Source: Candidatus Levybacteria bacterium RIFCSPHIGHO2_01_FULL_37_17 (GTDB lineage: Bacteria > Patescibacteriota > Microgenomatia > Levybacterales > UBA12049). From it: a stretch of 64,000 nt of DNA. Positions 29,640 to 40,339 of this stretch are shown in pieces (the stretch's first letter is position 1; each line of letters starts with the position of its first letter). The stretch lies in contig MFNL01000002.1 of assembly GCA_001782035.1 (NCBI GenBank), positions 60,865 through 124,864 of the forward strand. The letters are read 5' to 3'. The position numbers and the translations under genes are program-made. Under the pieces are notes generated by a model, which ran no database searches, had not been told where the DNA came from, and saw only the letters and a list, made by a program, of their open reading frames with translations.

Positions 29640-30566
29640 ATGAATGAACGATCAAATGCAGAAAGGGCTGAAGCAGTAACAAAATATACCGTAGAAATTC
29701 GTTCCATAAATGAGGATGGTGCTATTAGATTAAGAGACGAAGGATTGGCAGTTGCCCGAGAAATGGGTGTTCCAGGCTTTTTAGCAGTTTATAGTAGAAC
29801 TGGCATGGAAGAGACTACGCAAGTTCAAGGTGCAGCAACACTTCTTAACGTTGAAGTTGCAAGGGCAAAAATAAAAACAGTTTTAGCAGTTAGGCGATCT
29901 TCAAGACTTCAACGGGAAAGAATGGCAGAAAAAGGTCAAACAAGAGAAGACTTCGGTGGTCAGTTGGGAAGTCTTTTTGGTGGAGGGATTGCTTTGTTCG
30001 CCGATGAAGCAAGAACACAATTTATTGGAGCCATGGCATTTAGTGGAGGGACTCAAGAAGAAGACGAGGAAATTTGTAGAAGAGCTGTGGAGAGAATAGG
30101 TCTATATACAGATGTAGATCCAGTCTTAACCCAAAGCGTCAATGAAGAACAAGCTAATGACCGACTACAAACTTTTACATTTGATGGAGAACCTCTCAGG
30201 GTATCATACCAGGATACTGAGCACGTTGCTGAAGGTGTAGAATGTGACGTCTACCGATTTGAGGGAGACGATACCAAGGACTTAGGAATAATTAAGGTTA
30301 AGCCAGGTTTTAGTACACCACGACAAAGAGTTTTAGATGGAGATAGAACAATTGAGGGATACATGTCGGGCAAGGGTAAGCTTATTATTACCAAACCCGA
30401 TGGGACAATTGATAGTTATTCGTTTGATCAAGACACGCTAAATTTTACATTAAATGTGAGGATTGGCGAAATAATGCAGTGGCAAGCAGATACAGAATTT
30501 CCCTTAGTTGCATCTGAAGTGTGTTTTCCTCCCTACAATAATGATAGATACGAGAGAGTTGCTTAG
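29640..30566 (+). CDS. GlcG/HbpS-like heme-binding domain fused to a cupin-like domain (cassette 2 cargo)
   Basis: AKIKT, GGGIAL, IGAMAFSGG..EEDEEI in the N half; beta-rich C half. Confidence 0.6.
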   Translation: MNERSNAERAEAVTKYTVEIRSINEDGAIRLRDEGLAVAREMGVPGFLAVYSRTGMEETTQVQGAATLLNVEVARAKIKTVLAVRRSSRLQRERMAEKGQTREDFGGQLGSLFGGGIALFADEARTQFIGAMAFSGGTQEEDEEICRRAVERIGLYTDVDPVLTQSVNEEQANDRLQTFTFDGEPLRVSYQDTEHVAEGVECDVYRFEGDDTKDLGIIKVKPGFSTPRQRVLDGDRTIEGYMSGKGKLIITKPDGTIDSYSFDQDTLNFTLNVRIGEIMQWQADTEFPLVASEVCFPPYNNDRYERVA

Positions 30567-30599
30567 CTTGTTGTATTAATCTAACTTCACAAGATCTAT

Positions 30600-30706
30600 G
30601 TACTCCAAATGTTTAGGAATTGGAACCAGATACGAGCTTCAATCAGACATGGGATCGTATATTGAATCCTAGCCTCAGTTCAGCATTACAGCTTAGCTAC
30701 CAATAG
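30600..30706 (+). repeat. cassette junction repeat 3 with frameshifted coding tail
   Basis: GTACTCCAAATGTTTAGGAATTGGAACCAGATACG...TAG. Confidence 0.75.
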
Positions 30707-30729
30707 GGAGTGGAAATAGTTGATTAGAT

Positions 30730-31008
30730 TTACCTTCTTCCGTCTAACATTGGAGTTGGTGCAATTTTTTCAACCATTCTTTCAATAGCTTCTGTAGGAA
30801 TATCACCCGTATCGTATGTAACAAAAGCTGCACCTTTCGGAACTCTGGCATTTCCATCAGGATATGGAGCTCCTTCATCAGCAACTATTCTAAATGGAAG
30901 ATCAAAACGACCAAGTACTTCTCTAAGAGCGAAAGCTCTTTCAAGACTTACAGTACTTGTATGTGGCAAAATTTCATTTGGATTTCTTTCAGGCAATCTT
31001 TCTGGCAT
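30730..31008 (-). CDS. hypothetical protein (cassette 3 cargo)
   Basis: Own TTGACA-17-TATAAT promoter (31046-31018); start MPERL. Confidence 0.55.
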   Translation of the reverse strand: MPERLPERNPNEILPHTSTVSLERAFALREVLGRFDLPFRIVADEGAPYPDGNARVPKGAAFVTYDTGDIPTEAIERMVEKIAPTPMLDGRR

Positions 31009-31061
31009 GATTGAGGAATTATAATACTTGAACAAGCGAATGTCAATACTATGAGCTCTTG

Positions 31062-31135
31062 TACCGCGTAGGGGAGTCGAACCCCTGATTCCCTGGCTGA
31101 AAACCAGGTGTCCTAGGCCACTAGACGAACGCGGC
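31062..31135 (-). tRNA. tRNA-Glu(TTC)
   Basis: GCCGCGT..ACGCGGT, loop TTTTCAG, TTCGACT. Confidence 0.95.
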
Positions 31136-31179
31136 AGGACAGATATTATACCTTAAAATTAACTTTTAAGGCAAACTAT

Positions 31180-31833
31180 CTATTTTAACCTTCGCCTAAG
31201 ACCCTCTACTACGTCTTTTGCGCTATCTTGTCCGCCGAGTCCAAATGCGATACCTCCTGCAATTGCAAACATTGCAACCAGACCAGTAAACAATATTCTT
31301 ATTAAATCTGTTGCAACTCCAAGTTGGCTTAACACAGCCAAAATGACAAATATGTTTATTGCCCATTTTGTTACAGAGGCAACGGTGTTTGCTGCTTGAG
31401 CATCTACTCCTTTAACAGACGCCAAAACTAAATCGTGGGCTATTCTTGCAAATACAAACCCTACTATTGCAATAACAGCAGCCACAAATACATTTGGCAT
31501 GTAAAGTAAAAACTGGTTTAAAACCGTAATTATCCTTGGCATATTCCATACTTCTGCAGTTGGAATAAGAAAAACGACTATTACAAACCACCTTACAATT
31601 TCAGCCAAAATATTCGTCCAGCTATATTCGCCCAATTCGGGTACTCCATACCTTCGAAGGTAAGCCTCTACTTTTAAAGATTTAGAAACACTTACAATAA
31701 CCTGTTTAACTAATGATCCAATAATGACACCAATAAGTAAGATTATTGCTCCTGTTAGAAATCTTGGAATGAAGTTTACCGTGGCATAGAAGGCGCTGTT
31801 GAACGAGGCAGATAATGTTGCTCCAATATCCAT
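31180..31833 (-). CDS. TM-helix repeat membrane protein (CmpX/mechanosensitive-channel-like)
   Basis: Two P.F/P.V TM repeats; C-terminal GIAFGLGG. Confidence 0.75.
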   Translation of the reverse strand: MDIGATLSASFNSAFYATVNFIPRFLTGAIILLIGVIIGSLVKQVIVSVSKSLKVEAYLRRYGVPELGEYSWTNILAEIVRWFVIVVFLIPTAEVWNMPRIITVLNQFLLYMPNVFVAAVIAIVGFVFARIAHDLVLASVKGVDAQAANTVASVTKWAINIFVILAVLSQLGVATDLIRILFTGLVAMFAIAGGIAFGLGGQDSAKDVVEGLRRRLK

Positions 31834-31925
31834 TATGTTTTCACCTCCTTTCGCGATTTTAATCAGTCTATATTCTTTTAAGCTGGCTTGTCAAGTGCTA
31901 AGGTTGCTTGATATAATTTGCGGGC

Positions 31926-31997
31926 GGGCCGTTAGCTCAGCGGTAGAGCAGGAGCCTTTTAAGCTCTTGGTCGCAGGTTCGAATCCTGCACGGCTCA
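31926..31997 (+). tRNA. tRNA-Lys(TTT)
   Basis: Loop CTTTTAA, TTCGAAT. Confidence 0.95.
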
Positions 31998-32990
31998 CTT
32001 TTCAAAATAGTTGTAGACTTCTTGGGAGATATTCGCAATCGTTTCATCTGCGTTATTTTTAGAATTCGTCTCGCTTAACACGACAATTATATAAGGGCCA
32101 TTATTTGCATAAACAATACCAGCGTCATGACTAAACTTACCTAACTCTCCTGTCTTATGAGAAATATCCAACGAATCCGGTAGATATTTGGGGAGTTTTT
32201 GATTTATAACTTGTTTTTTTAAAATAGATAACATTTCGTCTGTGTATTCTTGATTTGCAAGCTCGCCGTAATACAATTTGTATAAAAATTGAAAAGTATC
32301 GTAAACGGTTGTTGTCGGATTAGAATCTTTAGTTCCGATATTAGAATTACTTAGACCATACTCGTTTAAGTATATTTTCACATTAGAAAGCCCAAGCTTA
32401 GAGGATAAAAGAAGAGCTGAATAATTGTCGGACCTTGAAATCATTTGGTCTAAAGCATTTTTCACAGTTAAAGATATGCCGCCTATGTTTTTTTCTGCAG
32501 ATTCAGAAGCAATGTTAAATATTCTATTTAAATTTTCAATGCTATCGGAGATAAGTAAATTTTTGTCCAACAAACCGTTTTCGATTTTTTTGTATGCGTA
32601 ACCCATTATCCAGAGTTTATACAAACTGGCGCTATCGAAAACCCGATGTTTATTTAAATAATATTCTTCTCCTGTTTTTAAATTTAGTACTGCGACAGCA
32701 TAAGTTCCATTTTTTCCTTTTACGCTTTCCGCAACTATTGCAGTAAGTTGCTGATTTTCTCTTGGTTCTGTATTTACACTTACAACTTCAAAGTTAACAT
32801 TTTCTGCCAAAGGAGAAATAATACTCAAACTTTTGCTATTGCTAGGAATAAACAAGTTAAGAATAAATAATGCAATTAAGGAAACAATAATTAAAGCCGC
32901 TGCCCAAAAAATAAATTTCTTAAAAGTAGTCTTTCTTGTAGATCTATATCCAACATGATAATTGGAATAATAATTTGCTTCTCCAAGCAT
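31995..32990 (-). CDS. membrane-anchored class A beta-lactamase-like serine hydrolase
   Basis: SLYK, SDN and HKTG motifs. Confidence 0.85.
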   Translation of the reverse strand: MLGEANYYSNYHVGYRSTRKTTFKKFIFWAAALIIVSLIALFILNLFIPSNSKSLSIISPLAENVNFEVVSVNTEPRENQQLTAIVAESVKGKNGTYAVAVLNLKTGEEYYLNKHRVFDSASLYKLWIMGYAYKKIENGLLDKNLLISDSIENLNRIFNIASESAEKNIGGISLTVKNALDQMISRSDNYSALLLSSKLGLSNVKIYLNEYGLSNSNIGTKDSNPTTTVYDTFQFLYKLYYGELANQEYTDEMLSILKKQVINQKLPKYLPDSLDISHKTGELGKFSHDAGIVYANNGPYIIVVLSETNSKNNADETIANISQEVYNYFEK

Positions 32991-33060
32991 TGTAAAAAGA
33001 CTATATCATACTAACTCTTTTATTTGAAGCTAAATTAGACTATAATTTTAGTTTAGCAAA

Positions 33061-35937
33061 ATGGATAAAATTATCGTAAAAGGGGCGCGGGAAAATAATT
33101 TAAAGAACATAGATTTAGAAATTCCGAAGGGAAAACTAGTTGTTTTCACCGGACTTTCTGGTAGCGGCAAGTCTTCGCTTGCTTTCGACACCATATACGC
33201 AGAGGGTCAAAGAAGGTATGTTGAAAGCCTTTCATCATATGCCAGGCAATTTCTTGGAGTTATGAAAAAACCGGACGCAGACTTAATTGAAGGCTTATCT
33301 CCGGCAATATCAATAGACCAAAAATCCACTACACATAATCCTAGGTCTACTGTTGGAACTGTCACCGAAATTTATGACTATCTAAGATTACTTTTTGCAA
33401 GAATAGGACACCCTCACTGCCCAAAGTGCGGGAGAGAAATAACGAGAATGAGTAAAGAGCAGATTACAACAGCAGTAATGGAATTGTTGCAAAAGAAAAA
33501 CTCAAAAAATTTAAAACTATTAATTCTTGCACCAATTGTTAAAGACAGAAAAGGAGAATATAGTCAGCTTTTTTCAGATTTAAAAAAAAGAGGATACAAA
33601 AAGGTCAGGGTTGATGGACAAATTTTTAGTATTGACGATGATTTTGTATTAATTAAAACAAACAAGCATACAATAGAAGCAGTTATTGACTCTGTTGTAT
33701 TAACAAAAGATTCAGATAAAAGCAGAATTTATTCAGATATTGAACAAGGGTTAAAGCTTGGTAATGGGGAAATAATTGTATCCGAGATAAAAGATGCGGG
33801 TTTTTCAATCCCTGATAAGCCAAAGAAAATGAATGACGAACTTTTCTCGGAAAAATTTGCATGTCCGGTTGATAATATATTTATTCCAGAAGTTGAACCA
33901 AGAATTTTTTCATTCAATACTCCACATGGGGCTTGCCCCGTGTGCAACGGGTTAGGGACTATTTTAAACGTAGATAGAGACCTCGTATTTAATTTAAATC
34001 TAACAATTGCAGAGGGGGGAATAACTCCATTTTTTAATCTATTATCACACGATACCTGGTTTTCTCGAACATTTAAAACATTTTGTGAAGACAACGAAAT
34101 ACCCCTTAATATAAAAATGTCAGATTTAAACAAGCAAAAAAAAGAGCTACTCCTTTATGGGACCGGAGAAAAATTATATGAAGTTTATGGAGAAAATAGA
34201 TGGGGCAGAAATACATTGATTGAGGAGCCATTTGAGGGAATAATTCATGAGCTAAAGAAAAGATACTCATCTACAGAATCAATGTTTGTCAGAGCACAAA
34301 TTGAAAAATTTATGAGGTATGAAATATGTAATGAGTGCAACGGGGCAAGATTAAAAAAGGAAGCATTATCCGTTACTATTCAGGGAAAGTCTATAGTTGA
34401 TATCAGTGAAATGTCAATTGAGGATTCGATTGATTTTGTTTTGGAACTTTTTGGCAATCCAAATTCAAGAGAGCTTCAGATTTCAAAAATGATTTTAAAA
34501 GAGATAAAACAAAGGCTTTCTTTTTTAATGGATGTAGGACTTGAATATTTAACGCTTTCAAGAAGTGCGCAAACTCTTGCGGGAGGGGAGGCTCAAAGAA
34601 TTAGGTTAGCGTCTCAAATTGGCAGTGGTTTAACAGGTGTTTTATATGTTTTGGATGAGCCATCAATTGGATTGCACCAGCGTGATAATCAAAAGCTAAT
34701 AGATACTCTTAAGGCTCTTAAAAGCCTAGGGAATACGGTTTTGGTCGTTGAACATGATGAGGAAATGATGAAACAGGCGGATTATATATTTGATTTCGGC
34801 CCAGCAGCCGGAGAACACGGTGGCAACATTATCTCTTATGGAACGCCAAAGGAAATAATGAATGACCCAAATTCATTAACCGGGCAATATTTATCGGGTA
34901 AGAAAAAAATTAAATCGGTTCAGGCTACAGAACCATCCGGAGAAACAAAAAAACTTATTATAGAGGAAGCTAGTGAACACAATTTAAAAAACATAACCGT
35001 AGAGTTTCCGTTAAATAAGCTAATCGTTGTAACCGGAGTTTCAGGGAGCGGAAAATCTACTTTAATAAATGACATTTTATATCATGCACTAATGCAAAAA
35101 AACAATCCATATCACAGACAAAAAGCGGGAAAATACAAAAGCATGTCTGGACATGAAAATATTAAAAACGTATTTATGATTGATCAATCTCCAATTGGAA
35201 GGACTCCACGAAGTAATCCTGCTACATACATAGGGGCGTTTAATTACATAAGAGATTTATTTGCAAAAACAAAAGAATCCAAAATTAGAGGCTATGGGCC
35301 AGGAAGATTCTCATTTAACGTAAAAGGTGGACGTTGCGAGGCATGTGAGGGTGAAGGGAAAATAAAGATCGAAATGCAATTTTTACCCGATGTGTATGTC
35401 ACTTGCGAGGTTTGCAATGGACTACAGTATAACGAAGAAGCTTTAAAGGTACAATTTAATGGAAAAAATATTGCAGAGATCTTACGAATGAGCGTTGAAC
35501 AAGCATTGGATTTTTTCAAGAATGTATCAGGGCTTTCACATAAGCTCCAGACTTTAAATGATGTAGGACTTTCGTACATTAAAATGGGACAAAGTGCTCC
35601 GACTTTATCTGGCGGAGAGGCTCAAAGGGTAAAGCTGGCCGCTGAACTTTCTAAACGGGGCTCCAATGCATTATATTTGTTGGACGAGCCAACAACTGGA
35701 CTCCACTTTGCCGATTTGGAAAAGCTTTTATCAGTACTTAGAAAGCTTGTAAATATAGGAAATACTGTAATTGTAATAGAGCATAATATCGAAGTTATAA
35801 AAAACGCAGACTACATTATTGATTTGGGACCGGAAGGCGGTGAAAAGGGCGGCTTGGTGGTTGCAACAGGAACGCCACAAGACATAACTAACGCTAAAAA
35901 CTCATACACAGGACAGTTTTTAAAGAAAAGCCTCTAG
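33061..35937 (+). CDS. uvrA: excinuclease ABC subunit A
   Basis: Two GSGKS P-loops, zinc fingers, GGEAQR signatures. Confidence 0.97.
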   Translation: MDKIIVKGARENNLKNIDLEIPKGKLVVFTGLSGSGKSSLAFDTIYAEGQRRYVESLSSYARQFLGVMKKPDADLIEGLSPAISIDQKSTTHNPRSTVGTVTEIYDYLRLLFARIGHPHCPKCGREITRMSKEQITTAVMELLQKKNSKNLKLLILAPIVKDRKGEYSQLFSDLKKRGYKKVRVDGQIFSIDDDFVLIKTNKHTIEAVIDSVVLTKDSDKSRIYSDIEQGLKLGNGEIIVSEIKDAGFSIPDKPKKMNDELFSEKFACPVDNIFIPEVEPRIFSFNTPHGACPVCNGLGTILNVDRDLVFNLNLTIAEGGITPFFNLLSHDTWFSRTFKTFCEDNEIPLNIKMSDLNKQKKELLLYGTGEKLYEVYGENRWGRNTLIEEPFEGIIHELKKRYSSTESMFVRAQIEKFMRYEICNECNGARLKKEALSVTIQGKSIVDISEMSIEDSIDFVLELFGNPNSRELQISKMILKEIKQRLSFLMDVGLEYLTLSRSAQTLAGGEAQRIRLASQIGSGLTGVLYVLDEPSIGLHQRDNQKLIDTLKALKSLGNTVLVVEHDEEMMKQADYIFDFGPAAGEHGGNIISYGTPKEIMNDPNSLTGQYLSGKKKIKSVQATEPSGETKKLIIEEASEHNLKNITVEFPLNKLIVVTGVSGSGKSTLINDILYHALMQKNNPYHRQKAGKYKSMSGHENIKNVFMIDQSPIGRTPRSNPATYIGAFNYIRDLFAKTKESKIRGYGPGRFSFNVKGGRCEACEGEGKIKIEMQFLPDVYVTCEVCNGLQYNEEALKVQFNGKNIAEILRMSVEQALDFFKNVSGLSHKLQTLNDVGLSYIKMGQSAPTLSGGEAQRVKLAAELSKRGSNALYLLDEPTTGLHFADLEKLLSVLRKLVNIGNTVIVIEHNIEVIKNADYIIDLGPEGGEKGGLVVATGTPQDITNAKNSYTGQFLKKSL

Positions 35938-35956
35938 GATAATATATAATAAGCTA

Positions 35957-37843
35957 ATGAAGAAAATTTTGCTTTTTTTAGTTTTAACTATTATATTCTT
36001 CATTTTTACACCAAGCACTTTTGCGTCTGATAACTTCAGCACCGATTACAAAGTCAAATACGATATTGGCTCAAACGCAGATACCCTTACTACAATTGAA
36101 GTAACGCTCACAAACTTATCGGACAATTATTATGCATCCTCATATGATATTGAAGTTGGGTTTAACGACTTAAGAAATTTAAGCGCAACAGAGTCAAATG
36201 GAAAAATAGAACCCCAAATAACTAAAACTGAAAAAGGTTCCAAAATACATATCCCCTTTAATGAAAGAGTCGTTGGGAGAGGAAATAAGCTCAATTTTGC
36301 TGTTACTTTTTATACCAACCAAATAGCACAGAATCTTCAAAATGTTTGGGATGTTAATATTCCGGGGATTTCAAAAAAAGCAGACCTTGATAATTTTAGC
36401 GTCTCACTTAGTTATCCTTCATTTTTAGGAAATCCTGTTTATATAAAACCATCTCCATCAAGGAAACTAGATATAAATGGTAGTTCTATAAATTTTACAG
36501 GAGCGGATTTAGGAGAATCAGGAATTTCTCTTGCTTTCGGAGAATTTCAAGTTTACAACTTTAACCTCACATATCATTTAAGGAATGAGAATTTATATAA
36601 AGCAAGAACAGAGATAGCCCTACCACCAACTACCAACTATCAAGATGTAAGGCTGGATAAAATAATTCCCAATCCCCAAAATGTATACATTGACAAAGAT
36701 GGTAATTGGCTTGCTGAATTTACATTAAATCCGTCACAGAAAATCGACGTAACAGTAATAGGTGGCGCGAAGGTGTACATTACTCCTAAAAAAGAGCAGC
36801 AAAGCAAATCCGAACTAGAGCCCTATCTAAAAGAGACGACTTACTGGGAGGTAAATAATGCCAAGATAAAAGATCTGGCTAAGGTTTTAAAGACTCCTAG
36901 GCAGATATACGATTATGTTGTTAAAACTTTAAGTTATGATTTTTCAAGAGTTGAATCGCAAAGTCCAAGGCTGGGTGCCTTAGGATCCGTAAACAAGCCG
37001 GATTCTGCGGTATGTCTTGAGTTTGCAGACTTATTCATTGCAATAGCAAGAGCAGCGGGGATTCCTGCAAGATCAGTAAATGGGTACGCTTATACAGAAA
37101 ATAGTAATCAGAGACCTTTATCTTTTGTTCAAGATATATTACATGCTTGGCCGGAATATTATGACTACGAAAAATCTTCATGGATAATGGTAGATCCAAC
37201 GTGGGGAAATACTACAAACGGCGTTGATTACTTCGACACTTTAGATTTTGACCACTTCACATTCGTAAAAAATGGAATCAAGAGCTCATACCCTGTACCT
37301 GCAGGTGGATATAAGTTTTCGGATAACATAAACGCTAAAGATGTAAAAGTCTCAATAGGAGAAAAATTCACTCAATCAAATAGTGATTTAAATGTCAAAA
37401 TTGATATTATGCAAAACCATATAAGCGGGTTTCCAATAACCGGCGGTGTTGAAATTAAAAACGCATCAGGCGTGCTTTCAAGCTCTGAAAAACTTTATAT
37501 ATTCTCAGAAAAACTAAAGCCAAGCTATCAGGAGCTATTAGTCTCCCCTATTCCTCCGTTTGGAAAAAACACAATTTCTTTCAAATTCACGTCGACTGAT
37601 ATTTTGACAAATGAGTCAGATGTAATTAGAATAAGCCTTGACAAAAAATCGTCATATAAAAATATTTACATTTCTCCATTTTTCTTTAATAAATGGTTTT
37701 TGACTGGAGGTGTTTTAGTTGTCATATTCATTGTCCTCATACCAGTCGCTTTCATCGGATTGCGGCGTTTATATATTCGAAGACTCAAAAGGCAAGATAA
37801 TATACGTGGGGAAAGCAATAAACCTACGCAAGAGAGTTTCTAG
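35957..37843 (+). CDS. exported transglutaminase-like protein
   Basis: VCLEFA, HAW.E, DPTW catalytic triad; signal peptide and C-terminal TM. Confidence 0.85.
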   Translation: MKKILLFLVLTIIFFIFTPSTFASDNFSTDYKVKYDIGSNADTLTTIEVTLTNLSDNYYASSYDIEVGFNDLRNLSATESNGKIEPQITKTEKGSKIHIPFNERVVGRGNKLNFAVTFYTNQIAQNLQNVWDVNIPGISKKADLDNFSVSLSYPSFLGNPVYIKPSPSRKLDINGSSINFTGADLGESGISLAFGEFQVYNFNLTYHLRNENLYKARTEIALPPTTNYQDVRLDKIIPNPQNVYIDKDGNWLAEFTLNPSQKIDVTVIGGAKVYITPKKEQQSKSELEPYLKETTYWEVNNAKIKDLAKVLKTPRQIYDYVVKTLSYDFSRVESQSPRLGALGSVNKPDSAVCLEFADLFIAIARAAGIPARSVNGYAYTENSNQRPLSFVQDILHAWPEYYDYEKSSWIMVDPTWGNTTNGVDYFDTLDFDHFTFVKNGIKSSYPVPAGGYKFSDNINAKDVKVSIGEKFTQSNSDLNVKIDIMQNHISGFPITGGVEIKNASGVLSSSEKLYIFSEKLKPSYQELLVSPIPPFGKNTISFKFTSTDILTNESDVIRISLDKKSSYKNIYISPFFFNKWFLTGGVLVVIFIVLIPVAFIGLRRLYIRRLKRQDNIRGESNKPTQESF

Positions 37844-38987
37844 TTATTTTCAAGATAAAAACCTCGGAGAAAAAACAAGGCAACTAGTTTCTAAAATTGC
37901 AGATATAAAGACAATTAGAGTTAGGTCTGAAGTTGAAGCATTTCTTTTAGAAGAAAGATTAATAAAAAAACACAGTCCCAAATTTAACATTAGCTTAAAA
38001 GATGCTAAAACTTATCCTTTTGTTAAAATTAATATAAAAGATAAATACCCGTCTGTTATTTTAACAAGAAAAATTGAAGACAACTCTTTATATTTCGGTC
38101 CTTATATAAGTATTAATTCATTAAGGTCTGTTCTTAAAATGCTCCGAAGAATATTTCCATATGTTTCGGTTAGAAATCATCCCAATTATTTATGTCTCTA
38201 TTACCATTTAGGCCTTTGCCCTTGTCCAAATGTTACCAAAGATCCAAATTATAAAAAAACAGTAAAACATATAGTAGATTTTTTAAGTGGAAAAACTAAA
38301 AAGGTAGTAAGGGATCTTGAAAAGGAAAGAAACAGTTATAGCAGAATAGAAATCTTCGAAAAAGCCGAAAATGCACAAAAACAGATTGAATATATAAAGC
38401 TTATAACCAGTCCTTTTTATAAACCATTCGAATATGAGACAAATCCTAATTTAAGATTGGATATAGTAGAAAATGAAATCCAGCAGCTTAAGGATATCTT
38501 AAATAGCAACAACGTGGCAGTTATAAAACTAGACAGAATAGAGTGTTATGATATTTCAAATACTTCGGGCAAGAATTCCACCGCTTCTATGGTGGTCTTT
38601 GCTAATGGTGAGAAGGATTCAGGTGCTTATAGAAGGTTTAGAATCAAGGGCCTCTATAATAACAAGGCAAACGATTTTGAAATGCTAAAAGAAGTATTAA
38701 AAAGAAGATTTAACCATGCTGATTGGCCGAATCCAGATTTGGTGATTGTGGATGGAGGAAAAGGACAAGTTTCTTCAGCATCAATAGCTCTTTCGGATAT
38801 AAATATATCAATCCCACTTATCGGTCTTGCAAAAAGGGAGGAAGTAATTATAAATCAAGGTTTAAAAGAAATTGTACTTCCAAAAGACTCTAAGGCTTTG
38901 CAGCTTGTTATGAGAATCAGAGATGAAGCACACAGATTTGCTATAGCCTATCACAGAAAGCTTAGGGAAAAGTTTATTTTCGACTGA
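37719..38987 (+). CDS. uvrC: excinuclease ABC subunit C (short form)
   Basis: GVY..YVGKA GIY-YIG, ECYDIS, DGGKGQ, RDEAHRFA. Confidence 0.9.
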   Translation: MSYSLSSYQSLSSDCGVYIFEDSKGKIIYVGKAINLRKRVSSYFQDKNLGEKTRQLVSKIADIKTIRVRSEVEAFLLEERLIKKHSPKFNISLKDAKTYPFVKINIKDKYPSVILTRKIEDNSLYFGPYISINSLRSVLKMLRRIFPYVSVRNHPNYLCLYYHLGLCPCPNVTKDPNYKKTVKHIVDFLSGKTKKVVRDLEKERNSYSRIEIFEKAENAQKQIEYIKLITSPFYKPFEYETNPNLRLDIVENEIQQLKDILNSNNVAVIKLDRIECYDISNTSGKNSTASMVVFANGEKDSGAYRRFRIKGLYNNKANDFEMLKEVLKRRFNHADWPNPDLVIVDGGKGQVSSASIALSDINISIPLIGLAKREEVIINQGLKEIVLPKDSKALQLVMRIRDEAHRFAIAYHRKLREKFIFD

Positions 38988-40335
38988 TTGTAAATTGGTA
39001 AGGGAAATATAAGAATATTGCCGGTGGATCATCAAGTAGATATTTCTGAAAATCTGCATAAATTTTTTTCCTCTCGCTGACGCTTAATTCTTGTCTTCCA
39101 TCTTCCAAAAGCTTGTCTATTCTTAAATTTCTATAATTTGAAATATTGTTTGATTGCTCGGAATGCCACAGGATATATTGATCTGGATCCTTGGATACGC
39201 TGTAGTCTCCAAGAAACATCTGAAATTCAGTTGGAAAAGACTCAACAGACTTAATATTAATTTTAATTCCTATTTTTCCCCATTCTTTTTGCAACTTTTG
39301 AGCAGTATCTTCGTATTTTTGTAGGGTTTTTAATTCTAATACTATATTCTTACTACTCTTGTAAGAATCGGACTCTTTTAAGAGTAAATTAGCATGCTCA
39401 AAATCTTGGTTATAGTTTGTTAAGTTTGTTTCATTTACCCATAGATTTGGAGAAAATGGGCCATAATTCCTTTTTCCTTCAGAAAAAACATCCGGGGTGG
39501 CATAGGATAATGCTTCACGAAGTCTTTTGTCCGAAAGCACTTTATCTTTAGTATTTAAAAAGACAGTTACCAAAAGTCTATCATTTAAATTTTTATCAAT
39601 TTTTATATTATTAAAGCTTCCAAAATTTTTATCTTGAAAATTTGTTTCATTTACGCCGATTGCCTTATCAACCTCACCCAAAACGAAAGCGCTTTTTAAA
39701 GCATCTTGCGTTGGGTAAAAATAATAACTTATTATGTTTTTTTCTTGACTTAAAGAGCGAAGACTTATTGACTGAACAAAGTTTCCGTTTAGGCTTATAG
39801 ACTGAACTTTATACGCTCCAAGTCCAGTCAAACCATTTTTAAAAATTGGCCTAGATACGGTAACTAAAAAAGGAGAGTACTTATTTTTTAACCTAAACAC
39901 AATTACGTTTTTATTTGGAGTCTGTGCTTTAACGTCAATAAAATTATAATTTATGTCCGATGAGGTAAGTAGTGTTGTATCGCTAAATTTAACATTATCT
40001 TTTAAGTAAAATATATAGGTTTTACCATCGTCTTTAATTTCCCACTTGTTAGCTGCTCCGGGTTTTACATTATAATTTGCATCAAGCGTGGTTAATCCGG
40101 TAGATATTTTGGAAGTAATAAAGCTTGGAAGTTCCGAAACAGTGTAGGCGCCTTCGACTCCAATTTTTTCTTCTTGAGTAAAAGGAAGCAGGGGAATGAA
40201 GTAATTCAGTCCATATCTAAGTAGAAAAAAGCCTAAAATTCCAATAATAAAAGACGCGAGTATCGTGCGTCTCCATCTTTTTACATATGCCCGCAAAAGC
40301 CAGAAAATTAATCTTTTTCGCTTCAAAAAAATCAT
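38974..40335 (-). CDS. family 5 ABC substrate-binding protein
   Basis: DDGKTYIFYLK..KFSD, G.GAYK, RLREAL, DPD, LLDDPPAIFLY. Confidence 0.8.
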   Translation of the reverse strand: MIFLKRKRLIFWLLRAYVKRWRRTILASFIIGILGFFLLRYGLNYFIPLLPFTQEEKIGVEGAYTVSELPSFITSKISTGLTTLDANYNVKPGAANKWEIKDDGKTYIFYLKDNVKFSDTTLLTSSDINYNFIDVKAQTPNKNVIVFRLKNKYSPFLVTVSRPIFKNGLTGLGAYKVQSISLNGNFVQSISLRSLSQEKNIISYYFYPTQDALKSAFVLGEVDKAIGVNETNFQDKNFGSFNNIKIDKNLNDRLLVTVFLNTKDKVLSDKRLREALSYATPDVFSEGKRNYGPFSPNLWVNETNLTNYNQDFEHANLLLKESDSYKSSKNIVLELKTLQKYEDTAQKLQKEWGKIGIKINIKSVESFPTEFQMFLGDYSVSKDPDQYILWHSEQSNNISNYRNLRIDKLLEDGRQELSVSERKKIYADFQKYLLDDPPAIFLYFPYQFTISRK

Positions 40336-40339
40336 AAAT

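Noticed and set aside
28991-30630. Junction repeats as a CRISPR array or integron attC sites
   Set aside because: Spacing is 0.45-1.2 kb, the repeats are not palindromic, there are no RYYYAAC/GTTRRRY boxes, and no cas or intI gene is present.
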